Below are positions 49,851 to 62,069 of a stretch of DNA of 64,000 nucleotides, in pieces. The stretch comes from Mobula hypostoma (lineage: Eukaryota). The translations under genes and the position numbers were made by a program. The stretch is taken from contig NC_086108.1 of the NCBI RefSeq assembly GCF_963921235.1, forward strand, positions 106,580,001-106,644,000. The letters run 5' to 3'. How positions within the stretch are numbered: the stretch's first letter is position 1; each line of letters opens with the position of its first letter. The notes under the pieces are model-generated. The model was not told where the DNA came from and made no database searches. It saw nothing but the letters and a program-made list of their open reading frames with translations.

Positions 49851-50974
49851 CCTTCAGTCACATTTATACAACTCAGATCATCACAGAGTGCATTGAGGAA
49901 GAATAATGTAAAACAATAACAAAAATTACAGTAAAGTGTAAAAGCCACCAAAAAAAGTGTCGTGGAGGTAAGCGATAAAGTGCAATTTCATAATGATGTA
50001 GATTGTGAGGCCAAGAGTCCATCTTATCATACAGGAGGTCTAGATGCATCCAGACAGATAGATCTTGCCTCACACCTTTATCATTCACCTACATAACAAA
50101 CAGCGTAGGCTGCTGCACTGAAGAATCTCAGGAACTGATAGGAAGTGTGAATCTGTGGAATTCTCTGCCCAAGGAAGCAGTTGAGGCTTCTTCACTAAAT
50201 ATATTTAAGATACCAGTTAGATAGATCTTTATATAGTAGGGGAATTAAGGATTATGGGGAAAAGGCAGGTAGATGGAGCTGAGTTTACGGACAGATCAGC
50301 CATGATCCTATTGAATGGCGGGGCAGGCTTGATGGGCTGGATGGCCTACTCCTGCTCCTATTTCTTATGTTTTTATGTTCTTTAAGTGAATCCAAACGCT
50401 CAGATAATTGTTAGAGAATGACAGCAAGTGAGGTCAAAGTCGTAACCATATGCGACCACAAAGATCTCCAGTGTTTCTACATTATAATACATTGTCGCTG
50501 AAGTGCATTTGGAAAGGTGAGAACTGATTAGGATTATTCAGCATGACTTTGTGCATGAGAAATTCTGTGTCATAAATTTAAACTAGCTTTTGAAGAAATA
50601 ACCAAAATGATCAGAATCGGAATCAGAATCAGGTTTATTGTCACTGATGTTAATCGTAAAATTTATCAGTGGCAGGAATAGTGAGGTGGTATTCATGGGT
50701 TCAAGGATTACCTAGAAATCTAATAGCGGAGAGGAAAAAGCTATTTCTAAAACTTGAGTGTGTGTCTTCAGACTCCTGTATCTCTTCCCTGTGGTAGTAA
50801 TGAGAAAGGGGCATGTCCTGAGTGGTAAGGATCTTTAATGATATGTTGCCTTCTAGAGGTCCTACCCTTTAAGATTGACAGGGAGTTGGTTCTCTCTACA
50901 TGTATACAATGTAAACATGCAGACATTGTCTAGATTGTTTACATGTATTTTGGCATTTAGATTTAATTTCATTT

Positions 50975-52795
50975 CAAAAAATAAAATAAAATCGTTAGAA
51001 AGAGGTGACATAGGATCAGAAGATGTGGAATCCTTGTGGGTAGATTTAATAAACAGCAAAGGTGAGAAGACCCTGATGGGAGTTGTATACAGGCCTCCGA
51101 TATAACATCATGTGGGATTTCAATATGCAGGTTGATTGGGAAAATCAGGTTTGTGCTGGATCCCAAGAGAGGAAATTTGTAGAATGCATATGAGGTGACT
51201 TTTTAGAACAGCTTGTGGTCGAGCCCACTAGGGGAAAGGCAATTATGGAAAGGAATTAGTGATCAGAATATGATAGAATTCACCCTGCAGTTTAAGAGGG
51301 AGAAAATAAAGTCAGACGTATCAGTATTACAGTGCAGTTTAAGGAGTTACAGAAGCATGAGAGAGGAGCTGGCCAAAGTTGGATGTCAGTAGAACAACAT
51401 TGGCTGGAGTTTCTGGGGATAATTCGGAGTCACAGGATGATGCAACTATGGCTGACAAGTGAATCAGATTTAATATCACTGGCATATGTCATGAAGTGAA
51501 GTGAAAGACAGCATAAAAACTAACAAGAAGGCATACAATCTAACAAAAATTAGTGGGAAGTTAGAGGATTGGGAAGCTTTTAAAATCGAATGGAAGACAA
51601 TTAAAAAGCCATAAAGGGAGAAAAGATGAAATATGAAGGAAGCTAGCCAATAACATAGATGAAGAGACAAGAAGCTTTTAATAATATATAAAGAGTAACA
51701 GACAGGGAAGAGTGGATATCTGACCACTGGAAAACGATGCTGGAGAAGTAGTAATGGGGGACAAAGAAAAGGTGGAGGAACTTAATAAATATTTTGTGTC
51801 AATCGTCACCATGCAAGACACTAGCAGTATGACAGAAATTAAAGCGTGTCAGGGGTCAGAAGTGAGTGTTGTTTCAATTACTAAGGAGAAAGTGCTTAGG
51901 AAGATGAAAGGTCTGAAGATAGGTAATGTTGAGGAAGCAAGGAATCTGCAGAAGGACTTAGACAGATTGGCAAAGAAGTGGCAGAGATATCACAAGTACT
52001 ATACAGCCTTGTATAGTACAAGGACATCTATGGCATGCACCTTGGTAGAATGAATAAACTCATTGACTATTTTCCAAAAGGGAGAAAATTCAAAAATCAG
52101 AGGTGCCAATGGACTTGGGAGCCATCATGCAGGATTTCCTAACGGTTAACTTGCAGGTTGAATTAATGGTAAGGAAAGCAAACGTGACTTCAAGAGGACT
52201 AAAACATAATAGCAAGGATGTAATGCTGAGGCTCTATAAGACATTGGTCAGACCGCACTTGGAATATTGTAAGCAGTTTTGGGCCCCTTTTCTAAGAAAA
52301 TATGTGCTGACATTGGAGAGAGTCCAGAGGAGGTTCACAAGAATGATTCTGGGAATGAGGAGTGTGTTTGATGTCTTTCGGCCTGTACTCGATGGAGTTT
52401 AGAAGAATGAGGGGAAATTTCATTGAGACCTATTGAATATGGAGTGTATGTTTACTACAGTGGGTGTGGAGCAGGTGTTTCCAATAGTGACTGAGTTTGG
52501 GACCAGAGGGCACAGCCTTAGACCAGGGAGATGTCCACTTAGAACAGAACTGAGGAGGAATTTCTTTAGCCAGAGGGTGGTGAAGTCATTGCCATAGATG
52601 GCTGTGGAAATCAAGTCATTGAGTATATTTAAAGTGGAGGTTGATGGTTTCTTAATAAGTCAGGGCATTAAAGGTTACGGGGAGAAGGCAGGAAAGTGAG
52701 ATTGAGAGAGATAATAAATTAGTCGTGATGAAATGGCAAAGCAGACTCAAAGGGACCAATGATCTAAATCTGCTCCTGTGGCTTATGGTCTTACA
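50975..52795 (+). mobile_element. Old CR1 with large internal deletions
   Basis: ESLWVDL...GVVYRPP (endonuclease), EELNKYF, LYKTLVRPHLEYC; RT core missing; tail cttatggtctta. Confidence 0.8.
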
Positions 52796-53142
52796 GTGAG
52801 GGTTGAACACTGCCCTACACGACAAGCTAGCCCAGATCATGAGAACTCAGACTGATTAACTCATGCTGATACTATTGTATTTCTATGTTATATTGACTGT
52901 CCTGTTGTACATACTATTTATTACAAATTACTATAAATTGTACATTGCACATTTAGATGGAGATGTAAGGTAAAGATTTTGACTCCTCATGTATGTGAAG
53001 GATGTAAGTAATAAAGTCAATTCAATTCAATTCCAAAAGGACATCCCTCTATTCTGAGGCTGTGTCTTCTGTTCCTAAACTCCCCCTCTATTGAAAACAT
53101 CCTCTCCACATGCACTCTATCTAGGCCTTTCAGTAATGGGAT

Positions 53143-53565
53143 TGTCATGACCGTGGATTCGGCAGTGAGCAGATACGGCAATTGCGCTCGTTAATATGCA
53201 CGTGTCAGCTAATTATTTCATTGCGATAGTATTTAACTCCATTCATTCCATCGTAGTGCTTGTTGAGACTTGGACACAGCATAGCAATGCATCGCTGCCT
53301 GTTGGCATTCAGCCTTGCCTGAGAAATTGGACTGTCGAGCCAACTGACTCTGAAGACTAGCGGTATTCGTTTTATATTTAGTTGTTCTTTTCACCAGCAG
53401 TGTTGGCTTCTTTTTCCATTTGAGAGTTTTAGTTAATGGCCCTGTTTGGCCTAGCGTTTATTGTTTTATTTTCCCTTTAGCACTGTCCACACTAAGGTCT
53501 GTGAACTATCGACCTGCTTCAGTGTCTCTCACTCTGCACTTGGGCCACATCTGAACCTGGTGACA
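53143..53565. mobile_element. Solo LTR, 423 bp
   Basis: TGTCA...TGACA termini; 5-bp TSD GGGAT (53138-53142 / 53566-53570). Confidence 0.85.
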
Positions 53566-54644
53566 GGGATGTTGGGGGATTGCTGCTTGCATCAGGAGTC
53601 TCCAGACTTCTGAAGCAAATGCTTTCATATTTGTATTTTTAGCGATGCAGCGCGGAGTAGGGCCTTCTGGCTCTTTGAGCCTTAGCAACCGCACAACCAC
53701 TATAAACCCTAATCTAGTCAAGAGACAACACACAATGACCAACTACCCTACCTGGTACACCTTTGGACTGTGGGAGGAAACTGAAGGACCTGGAGAAAAC
53801 TCACACATTCCACAAAAAGGACATACAGTAACTCCTTCAGGATGTCGCCGGAATTGAACTCTGAACTCTGGAACACCTTACACTGTAATAGCATCACTTT
53901 AACTGTTACACTACTGTGGAGCCCAACTATGACTAGAAAAGATGCCCTAATTAGGAAAAATGCCAGCACACATTTCATTACACTCCTTGTTGGGTGCTGA
54001 AGTGAAATGTGTTTGCAAAAATAATTTATGTTCTGGAAATGATTACGTACTTACAGTGAGAGACAAATTGTACACCCTCACAGCCTGATTCTTCCTACAT
54101 GCCTGAATATTAAAATGGGTCGCTACATTTTCTGTTCTCAGCGATGTGTGACTTACCTAAATGTCAAATTCAGTAAGTCGTTTTGTGGGTCTCATCAAAT
54201 TATCATCGTGTCTGCTTCAGTTGTGTACATACCCTCGTCAGCACATTTCGTTCCCATTCCCTCAGTGATGTAACTGCCAAAGCGTAGTGTCTGATGTGCC
54301 TATGAATGAGGCACTCAGACCAGTTACATAGGATATAGAACATAGACCAGTACAACACAGTACAGGCCCTTCAGCCCACGAAGTTGTGCCAATCTTTTCA
54401 CGGACTCCAAGATCAAACTAACATTTCCCTCTGGCATACCCCTCCATGTTTCTTTCATCCTTGTGCCAAGAGTGGTCTTTTGATGGAGGTAGGTGGGGGA
54501 GGGAGAGGTACTTCCACTGGCTGATTGAAAGGGAGAAGCAAACTTTTGATTTACTGATGTGGTCCCCTCTCGGGCACTGGGTTGGAAAGAGGATGGTCTG
54601 CCCATTCTGAATGGCTTGTGTAAGCTATTCTACCCTAACATGAG

Positions 54645-54950
54645 TCACACACACACAACATGCTAATGGAGCTCAGCAGGTCAGGCAGCATTGATTGAAG
54701 GGAATGAACAGTCGGTGTTTCGAGATGACACCCTTCATCAGGATTGAAAAAGAAAGGAGAAGAAGCCAGAATAAGAAGGTGGGGATAGGGGGAGGGGAAA
54801 AAGGACAAGCTGGCAAATGATAAGTGAGACCAGATGAGGGGGAAGGTGGGTAGGTTGGGGAGGGGTGATGAAGTGAGATGATATGTGGAAGAGGAATTTC
54901 ATAGGAGAAAACAGTGGGCCATGGATGAAGGAGGAGGAACACGAGAGAGG
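54645..54950 (-). mobile_element. Penelope-like terminal repeat
   Basis: pLTR motif; hammerhead core CTGATGA...GAAA on the minus strand at 54709-54746. Confidence 0.8.
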
Positions 54951-55302
54951 TGAGTTAATATTAGGATGTTTTTTGTCATTGATCGCTGGAAAGTATCAGT
55001 GCTCAGCTTGGTCCATTTGCTTCAATTAAGTCAACACATGTAAATGCTCAGAAGTAGCTACAGCCAGTGACAAAGGTGCCCTCACACAAAGAGCAGTGCC
55101 AGATCGGTATTTAACAATTTAATTCCTCGCCAGCCCTCCCTAGATCTGAAAGCAGCTGGGGGAGAGAACATTCAAGTCAAGGAGCCGATGAGATACAGCT
55201 CTGAAAGAGGGTTGTTGGCCCACCAGGTGTACACAGACCATTGACCACTCACTGATTAGGGGTGAGGATGAGAATTTGATAACACTTGAATATGTCTCAT
55301 TC

Positions 55303-55304
<2 letters not shown>

Positions 55305-55344
<40 letters not shown>
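55305..55344. repeat. (GA)20 microsatellite
   Basis: Direct reading. Confidence 0.95.
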
Positions 55345-55348
<4 letters not shown>

Positions 55349-55424
55349 TTTGCTGTTTTGATGTGGTCTTCCTTTACATTTGTTACTAAATTTATTTATT
55401 TATCCAGCCTGCTTGTCTGCCTGT

Positions 55425-55750
55425 TGAATCTTTGTGGGTGGAGTTAAGAAACTGCAAGGGTGAAAAAAAAACCTTTATGGGAATCAAATATAGGCTTCCA
55501 AACAGAAGCCAAGATGTGGGGGTGAGATTGCAAAGGGAGCTGGAAAGGGCGTGTAATAAGGGCAATGTCACAATTGCAACGGGGGACTTCAATACAAAAG
55601 GGGGTTGGTGTCAGATTGCAAAAGAGGGAATTTGTTGAAAGCCTACGAGATGGCATTTTAGAGTAGGTTGTGCTTGAGCTGACTCGGGGAAAGGCCATCT
55701 TAGATTGAGTGTTGTGTAATAACGGAGATTTTATTAGTCAGCTTAACGTA
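55425..55750 (+). mobile_element. CR1 endonuclease fragment
   Basis: ORF 55432..55638 WVELRN...YRLPN...GDFN. Confidence 0.75.
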
Positions 55751-56429
55751 GGATTCGATCCGGTGGGGAAACGCGATTCAGTGGAACCAAGACACAGTAG
55801 TCTACTGAGGATCGGTGAGGATCGGTGAGTATGGCTTTGGAAGATTTGAGCTCCAACATGTGCACAATTATAATGGGACCATTTTTTTTTTCTTTCTTTT
55901 CTTTACTAACTCTTTTGTTAAGTTAACTTCCACAAATATGCTTCTTTAGAGGGTACTGCTCAGATGATCAGCCATGATCACAGTGAATGGTGGTGCTGGC
56001 TCGAAGGGCTGAATGACCTAATCCTGCACCTATTGTCTATTGTCTATTTTATAATTGTATGCAGTGTGTGATCTGTTATCTCATGCCGACGGGACAGTAA
56101 ATCATACAGCATTCACACAAACTGGAGTTTGGGTGGGCGAGACATCCCAGTTTCTGGGATTTGGCAGGACCTAAGTTGTATTCATTCTTATTTGAATGAA
56201 GCCAAAGGAAGGTGGGTTTTCTCAGCGCTGAGTATGGTGGCTCCAGCAAGGGGCTAACGAGCCGTTTCCAGAGACACCACGATAGCGGGGTTTCGTTGTG
56301 GGCGTATCACCCTGGGATCGAGTTTGTTGGATGATGTGAGATTGCCCTAAACAATGGTTAAGTGGGTTTGTGTTTAAGCCTGTTTTAAACTATTGTCCAG
56401 GAAAGGGGTTAAGATACGTGGTTATTGGA

Positions 56430-57300
56430 CGCTGCAGGATTAAGCGTTGGTGCGATTCAAAGAGATTACATGTAGCTAAAGCTTGTATTCTGAGCAGGGT
56501 GGATATCAGCAGCCCAGATGAGTTGCTGATTAGGGTTTCAAACACTGTTAAAGCATTAGGGATAGTTATGATCATGGAGCAGCAGTTTGACCAAACAGCA
56601 GGCAAAGGTTCTGTTTTAGGTCACACTAGTGCTGACGTAACAGGAGTGGATCTGCCTGGTACCATTGGAGTACCCAGAGAGTCAGGGCCATGGGCTGTGT
56701 ATACTTTTAGAGAAGAGGGGAATGTCGGCGAGGGTGCCGTATTGGAAGCAGAGTTTCCCCTAGCTGAGGGCAGAGACTTTAAAGACAAGTTGCTCTCGTT
56801 TCTGCGGAGTGAGGGGAAGGAATGGTCTGAAGTGGAAGGTCTAATAAGTCCTCCAGCAAGGGATGAAAATTCCTAGTCGGTATCAGCCCTTACGTTCCTT
56901 GCGGATAAATGGCAAAGTTCACCGGAGGAGAATCTATGTTATCATAGGCTGAGGATGTTCTCGAGTGTGAGGCCACCCCCGAGGGGGGAGAAGGAGTATG
57001 AGATTTGGGCGGAGAAAACCTCTGAGTTGTTGGATGAGTGGCAGTGCTCCAATGATGTGAAAAGACAGCGGCTGGTAGAGAACCTAAAAGGTGCGGTTGC
57101 TAAAGTAGTGAGGTCCTTAAAGGTAGAGAACCCCTTAGCCACTTCCGCAGGCAAGCACTATAAAACGTTTTTGGCATGATAGGAGGCCCAACAGAACTTA
57201 TGACGGGGATTAGGAGCATATTTCAGGTGAAGGGGAGAAACCTTCTGCCTACATTTTTTTGGTAAGAGAGACAGCTGAGTTGTTTGCAGCGCAGAGGGGC
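56430..57300 (+). pseudogene. PNMA-like gag, N-terminal and capsid part
   Basis: WC..K...ACIL...GPWAV...FKDKLLSFLRSEGK and RLRMFS..PPP.GEKEYEIW..W..S..VKRQRLVENLKG.A resemble PNMA/Gypsy gag; stops and frameshifts. Confidence 0.8.
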
Positions 57301-58190
57301 TTAGACGAGTCACCCCAACCACAAACTTTTCCTGCTGCTACAATCTGGGAAATGGTATTGCAACATAAAAACCAGGACCAGCAGGCTCTGGGACAGCTTC
57401 TTCCACCAGACTGATTAATTCACACTGATAGAATTGTATTTCTGTGTTATATTGACTGTTCTATTGTACATACTATTTATTACAAATTACTATAAATTGC
57501 ACATTGCACATTTAGACAGAGATGTATCTGTCATAATGGGGGCGTTGGTGGCAGACCCAAATGCAAGACATGGACACTGAAGTACCAGGAACCGGACAGG
57601 ACAGGACTAGAGTTAGGGATGTGACTGGATGCAGACTAGGAGCTGGGACAAGAACACAGACTTGGGCTAGGACACTGGTTAGGCAAGCGGGACCAGGACT
57701 AGGAACTGGGAACTAGGAGCCTGGGCTTGGACTCCGAGTCGGAGACTGGACAAGGACCCAGAACCTGGGTTTTGACTCGCGCTCGGACCCCGGAACTAGG
57801 CGAGGACATGACGTGGCTGCAGGGCTGGATGTGGCTTGGATTCGGACTCTGAGCCAGAGACTGGACAAGGACCCAGACTCTGGGTCTTGACTTGGGCTCA
57901 GACTCCAGAACTAGGCAAAGACATGACGTGGTCTTGGGAGACAGGACTAGGCGAGGCTACAGGACAGAACGAGAGACTCCTGGGCAAGACGAGGGAACTC
58001 CAGCACAGGACGGGGCACATGGACAGGACGAGAACACGAAGCCTTGACTTGGTCGAGGGAGACAGGAACACAGAGACATGGAACACAGAGCCGGGATCCT
58101 TTCTTGGGAACAGAACTTGGGGCCGGGACTCTACACAGAGTCAGGACCCCTCCTAGGGAGCAGGACATAGGGCCAGGACTCATACACAGA

Positions 58191-58407
58191 ACACAGAAAG
58201 ACAGTTCCCAACACAAGGCAGCAGCAAACAGCTGGACCTACCTTGCGAAGGCGTGAACACAGAGACAGTTCCCAACACTAGGTAGCGACAAACGGCCGGA
58301 CCTACCTAGCGAAGGCGTGGACACAGAGACAGTTCCCAACACTAGGTAGCGACAACCGGCCAGACCTACCTAGCGAAGGCGTGGACACAGAGGGACAGTT
58401 CCAAACA
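58191..58407. repeat. ~64-66-bp tandem repeat, about 3.4 copies, inside the LTR
   Basis: acacagagacagttcccaacactaggtagcgacaa..ggcc.gacctacctagcgaaggcgtgg at 58191, 58257, 58321 and partial 58386. Confidence 0.9.
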
Positions 58408-58998
58408 ACGACAGACAGCTTCTTATCCTGACACAGCAAGGCTCTAGTCTTGCTCTGACAGCTGAACTTAACAGTGGTGCAAGCGAAAGTTGCAGGTGAG
58501 GTGAGGCTCCAGGCGAGGCGAGGCAAGGCTTCAGACGCTAGTTGCAAGGCAAGACTTCAGGAGGAAAGGGCAGAGAAGGGATTCAGACAAGGGGTTTGGA
58601 CAGGAACAATCCAGCAACTGAAGCTAAACCAAGGAGCTATTTATGTAGCCAGCCCAAAATGTGAATCAGCTGCCTCAATTAGAGCAGGGGTCTCCAACCT
58701 TTTTTGCACCGCGGACTGGTTTAATATTGACAACATTCTTGCAGACCAGCCAACCGGTGGGGGGGGGGGGTGCTGGGAGGTGTTAATCACGACTGGAATA
58801 TAGGTGATAAATCAACTGTAAGTTACTTATAAGTGGCTACTACATTCAATTTTATTTCTAAAAGGGTTTATCTAACGAATTTAATATTAAACACGCAGCA
58901 CGTATTCCTCGCATGAACATATAAAATCGTTGCAACACACCAATATTGCTGAATCAGTGGGAGCCCTGGACTTGTTTCCCTGCAACAAGATGGTCCCA

Positions 58999-59904
58999 TT
59001 AAGGGGTGATGGGAGACAGCGATACTCGAAGGGGTTTCTTTATGTCCAGTCTGTTCCACAATTTAGTTTTCGTTGCATTCATTGCAGAAAATCCCACTTC
59101 GCAGAGATGTGATGTTGGAAATAGAAGCAAAGTTTTCAGCGCTTTCATGGCTATCTCAGGATATTCAGCCTTGACTTTTGTCCAGAATGCCGGTAGAGAT
59201 GTTATGTCAAACATACTTTTCAGCCCATCGTCATTTGCAAGGTTGAGGAGTTGATCTTTTTCCCACGCTGACATGGATGATTCACCGGGGACAGTCACAA
59301 ATGGGTCACAGACCCATTCCTTTGCACATCTTGGGTCATTTGCGGTTGGGAAGTAACACTCATATTCTGTCGACAGCGAAGACAGGTGATGGCGCACCAG
59401 CTGTGAGAAGGACAGTACAGCCTCAGTCTCTCCCAAAATCCCGGCTAATGTTGGGAACATGTCAAATATGCCCCTGTCTACTCGCCGTCCCCACAGTTCC
59501 AGTTTGCCTTTGAAAGCAGACACTTTACCTGCCAACTTGAAGACAGCTGTCATTCTCCCCTGAAGTGACAAATTGAGTTCATTGAGCAGATTGAAGATGT
59601 CACACAGATAAGTGAGTTTTGCTATCCACTCCTGGTCACTGTGTGCTGCCACTGGTGACTTTTTTCCTGAAAGAAATCTCTGTAGCTGCTCTCTTAACTC
59701 AAAAACCCTGGCCAGGGCTCTCCCCCTTGATAGCCACCTGACTTCAGTGTGTAAGAGAAGGCGTTTGTGCTCTGCATCCATTTCCTCGCAAAGCTGCTCA
59801 AACAGACGTGAGCTCAGGGCTTTTGCTTTGATGTGATTGATAACTTCAACAATGCCACTCAAAATGCTGTTAAGATCAGATGACATTTTTCGGCTAGCCA
59901 GCAT
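58999..59904 (-). pseudogene. hAT transposase C-terminal part (301-aa open frame)
   Basis: EVRWLSRG, DIFNLLNELNLSLQG, WVCDPF, LCEVGFS. Confidence 0.88.
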
Positions 59905-60260
59905 TTCCCTGTGTATGACACAGTGTGTAGACTGGCATTCAGGAGAAACCTCTTTGACTCGGGTAGTGAAACTAGACAGCTGTCCAGTTTGCTCACGTTT
60001 TTTCTGCTCAAAAAACTCGATGGGTTTGTCTTTAAGTGCAGGGACTCAAGGTGCAGAAGCAGTTTTGAGGGCCTTATTGCCTCATTAGACAGCCTGTCTC
60101 CACATATCACACACAGGGGGCTTGGAGCGTGTGAGTCACCGGTCGCAATAAAGCCATATTTTATGTACGACTCGTTGTATTTTCTGTTGAAGGAAGCTTT
60201 CTTTTTTTTGCAGTCTCGGCCTCAGCTGTCTCTGTGTTATCACCATCGTTAGGCCTTTTA

Positions 60261-60981
60261 TAGAATATAGAACATAGAATAGTACAGCACAGTACAGGCC
60301 CTTCAGCCCACAATGTTGTGCTGACCCACAAACCCTGCCTCCCATATAACCCCCCCACCTTAAATTCCTCCATATACCTGTCTAGTAGTCCCTTAAATTT
60401 CACTAGTGTATCTGCCTCCACCACTGACTCAGGCAGTGCATTCCACGCACCAACCACTCTCTGAGTAAAAAAACCTTCCTCTAATACCCCCTTGAACTTC
60501 CCAACCCTTACCCTAAAGCCATGTCCTCTTGTACTGAGCAGTGGTGCCCTGGGGATGAGGCACTGGCTGTCCACTCTATCTATTCCTCTTAATAGCTTGT
60601 ATACCTCTATCATGTCTCCTTTCATCCTCCTTCTCTCCAAAGAGTAAAGCCCTAGCTCCCTTAATCTCTGATAATAATGCATACTCTCTAAACCAGGCAG
60701 CATCCTGATAAATCTCCTCTGTACCCTTTCCAATGCTTCCACATCCTTCCTATAGTGAGGCGACCAGAACTGGACACAGTACTCCAAGTGTGGCCTAACC
60801 AGAGTTTTATAGAGCTGCATCATTACCTCGTGACTCTCAAACTCTATCCCTCAACTTATGAAAACTAACTCCCCTATCCACCTGTGAGGCAACTTTCAGG
60901 GATCTGTGTACATGTACCCCCAGAACCCTCTGCTCCTCCACACTATCAAGTATCCTGCCATTTATTTTGTACTCTGCCTTG
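60261..60981 (-). mobile_element. 5'-truncated CR1 inserted in the transposase gene
   Basis: ORF 60161..60823 CR1 C-terminus; reverse tail tagaatatagaacatagaa. Confidence 0.9.
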
Positions 60982-61551
60982 AAAATGCTCCAAGAGCAAA
61001 AAAAAATCAAAAATATTTTGCAACTGTTCAGTGCAAAGTTCAATATTGTAATCATGTTTAACTTCATACAGAATTTAATCTTCTTACCCTTAATTCTAAA
61101 CAGCTCCTCAGATGTGGACTCAGACTTAACCACTTGTCCCCTACCACCTCTTCTAAAGAAACTCTCAAGCGACGTTTGTTTTTCACTCATCGAGTAGTTG
61201 TAGGTTAATGACCAACTGATGACCTTGCGTGGGTAATGACCTCGCGTGCGTTCAAGTTCAACAATGGGCGTGACAGGGAATGAGGAAAGGTGCAGCTGAC
61301 TCATATCGTTTCATATCGCTAAATCATATCGTTTCCTAGCGGCCCGGTAGCACAAGCTTTGTTGGGGACCACTGAATTAGAGCACCCAACAGAAAAAGGG
61401 AAAACCAAAAAACCTGGAATAAGGAGTGATGGACCGGACCGTGAACCGGAATCCGGCCTTCACAGACTGGACCATGACAGTAACGTTAAGATTTTTACTC
61501 CTCATGTATGTGAAGGAGATAGGAGGTAAGGCCAGTTCAGTTCAATCAATT

Positions 61552-62060
61552 CCAAATGGCTGAGGTGAATCAATTAAGGATAGACAAAAAAGCAAAAGGT
61601 GCACAATCACAGGAGATGATCACTTTCATTCTCCCAATGTCCCATAAGACGTGCCCCTTTTCCTCATTTCTTGAGCTGATCAGAGAAGTAAGAAAGGAGG
61701 AAAATGCGATGGAGGAGTGGGAGGCCTCTGCCAACAGGGTACAGACCCTGATTGTAGCCTCTGTTGCTGAACTAGCTCCTGATTTCCCACAAACAGAGGT
61801 ATTACAGGAGTTTGTGGCAAAGTTTAGAGCAGAGATATCCCGGTTGTTATCTGCAGGTGAGGCCTCCCGACATGTCCAAGCTGATAGGGAGCTGGACCTA
61901 CTGATGGAACATACTAAACAGATGGCTGCTATTGAAAGGGGTCCTTTGAAAAAGGGAGCAACCAGTATTGTCTGCTACAAATGTGATGAGGAAGGAGACT
62001 TCTGGCAGGACGTGAAGGATGGTAAAACCTCCGGAAAGAGAGCTCACAGTTACTTAAACA
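61552..62060 (+). pseudogene. PNMA-like gag C-terminal part with degenerate zinc knuckle
   Basis: EVNQLR...SFLELIREVRKEE...CYKCDEEGDFWQD (CCHC eroded). Confidence 0.75.
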
Positions 62061-62069
62061 GAAGAAGTT

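Larger units (their letters stand above)
58685..61374 (-). mobile_element. hAT (Charlie/Buster-type) DNA transposon, internally deleted
   Basis: TIRs CAGGGGTCTCCAAC / CAGTGGTCCCCAAC; perfect 8-bp TSD AATTAGAG (58677-58684 / 61375-61382); transposase MSEKQTSLESFF (61190), BED finger CMICGDRLSNEAIRPSKL, HTEVRWLSRG, dimerisation FPTSHLCEVGFS. Confidence 0.95.
57529..61479. mobile_element. Solo LTR (~1.26 kb once the hAT is removed) with internal tandem repeats
   Basis: TGTCAT...ATGACA termini; imperfect 5-bp TSD GTATC/GTAAC. Confidence 0.75.
57301..61551 (+). mobile_element. Rex1-type LINE 3' fragment (57301-57528 + 61480-61551)
   Basis: Rejoined sequence matches the uninterrupted copy at 52850-53033, ending (ttcaa)n. 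Confidence 0.75.

Noticed and set aside
56225..56325. Primer-binding site of the Gypsy element
   Set aside because: Candidates (tggtggctcc; gtgggcgtatcaccctgggatcga) are too degenerate to assign a tRNA or fix the LTR end
58191..58407. Repeat array as CRISPR
   Set aside because: Whole units repeat with no unique spacers, no cas genes, eukaryotic LTR context
58999..59904. Domesticated ZBED/SCAND-type host gene
   Set aside because: Bounded by TIRs and a TSD, internally deleted and interrupted by a CR1
60837..61304. 155-aa transposase-CR1 fusion ORF
   Set aside because: Chance in-frame joining of transposase start, filler and CR1 fragment, with no complete domain
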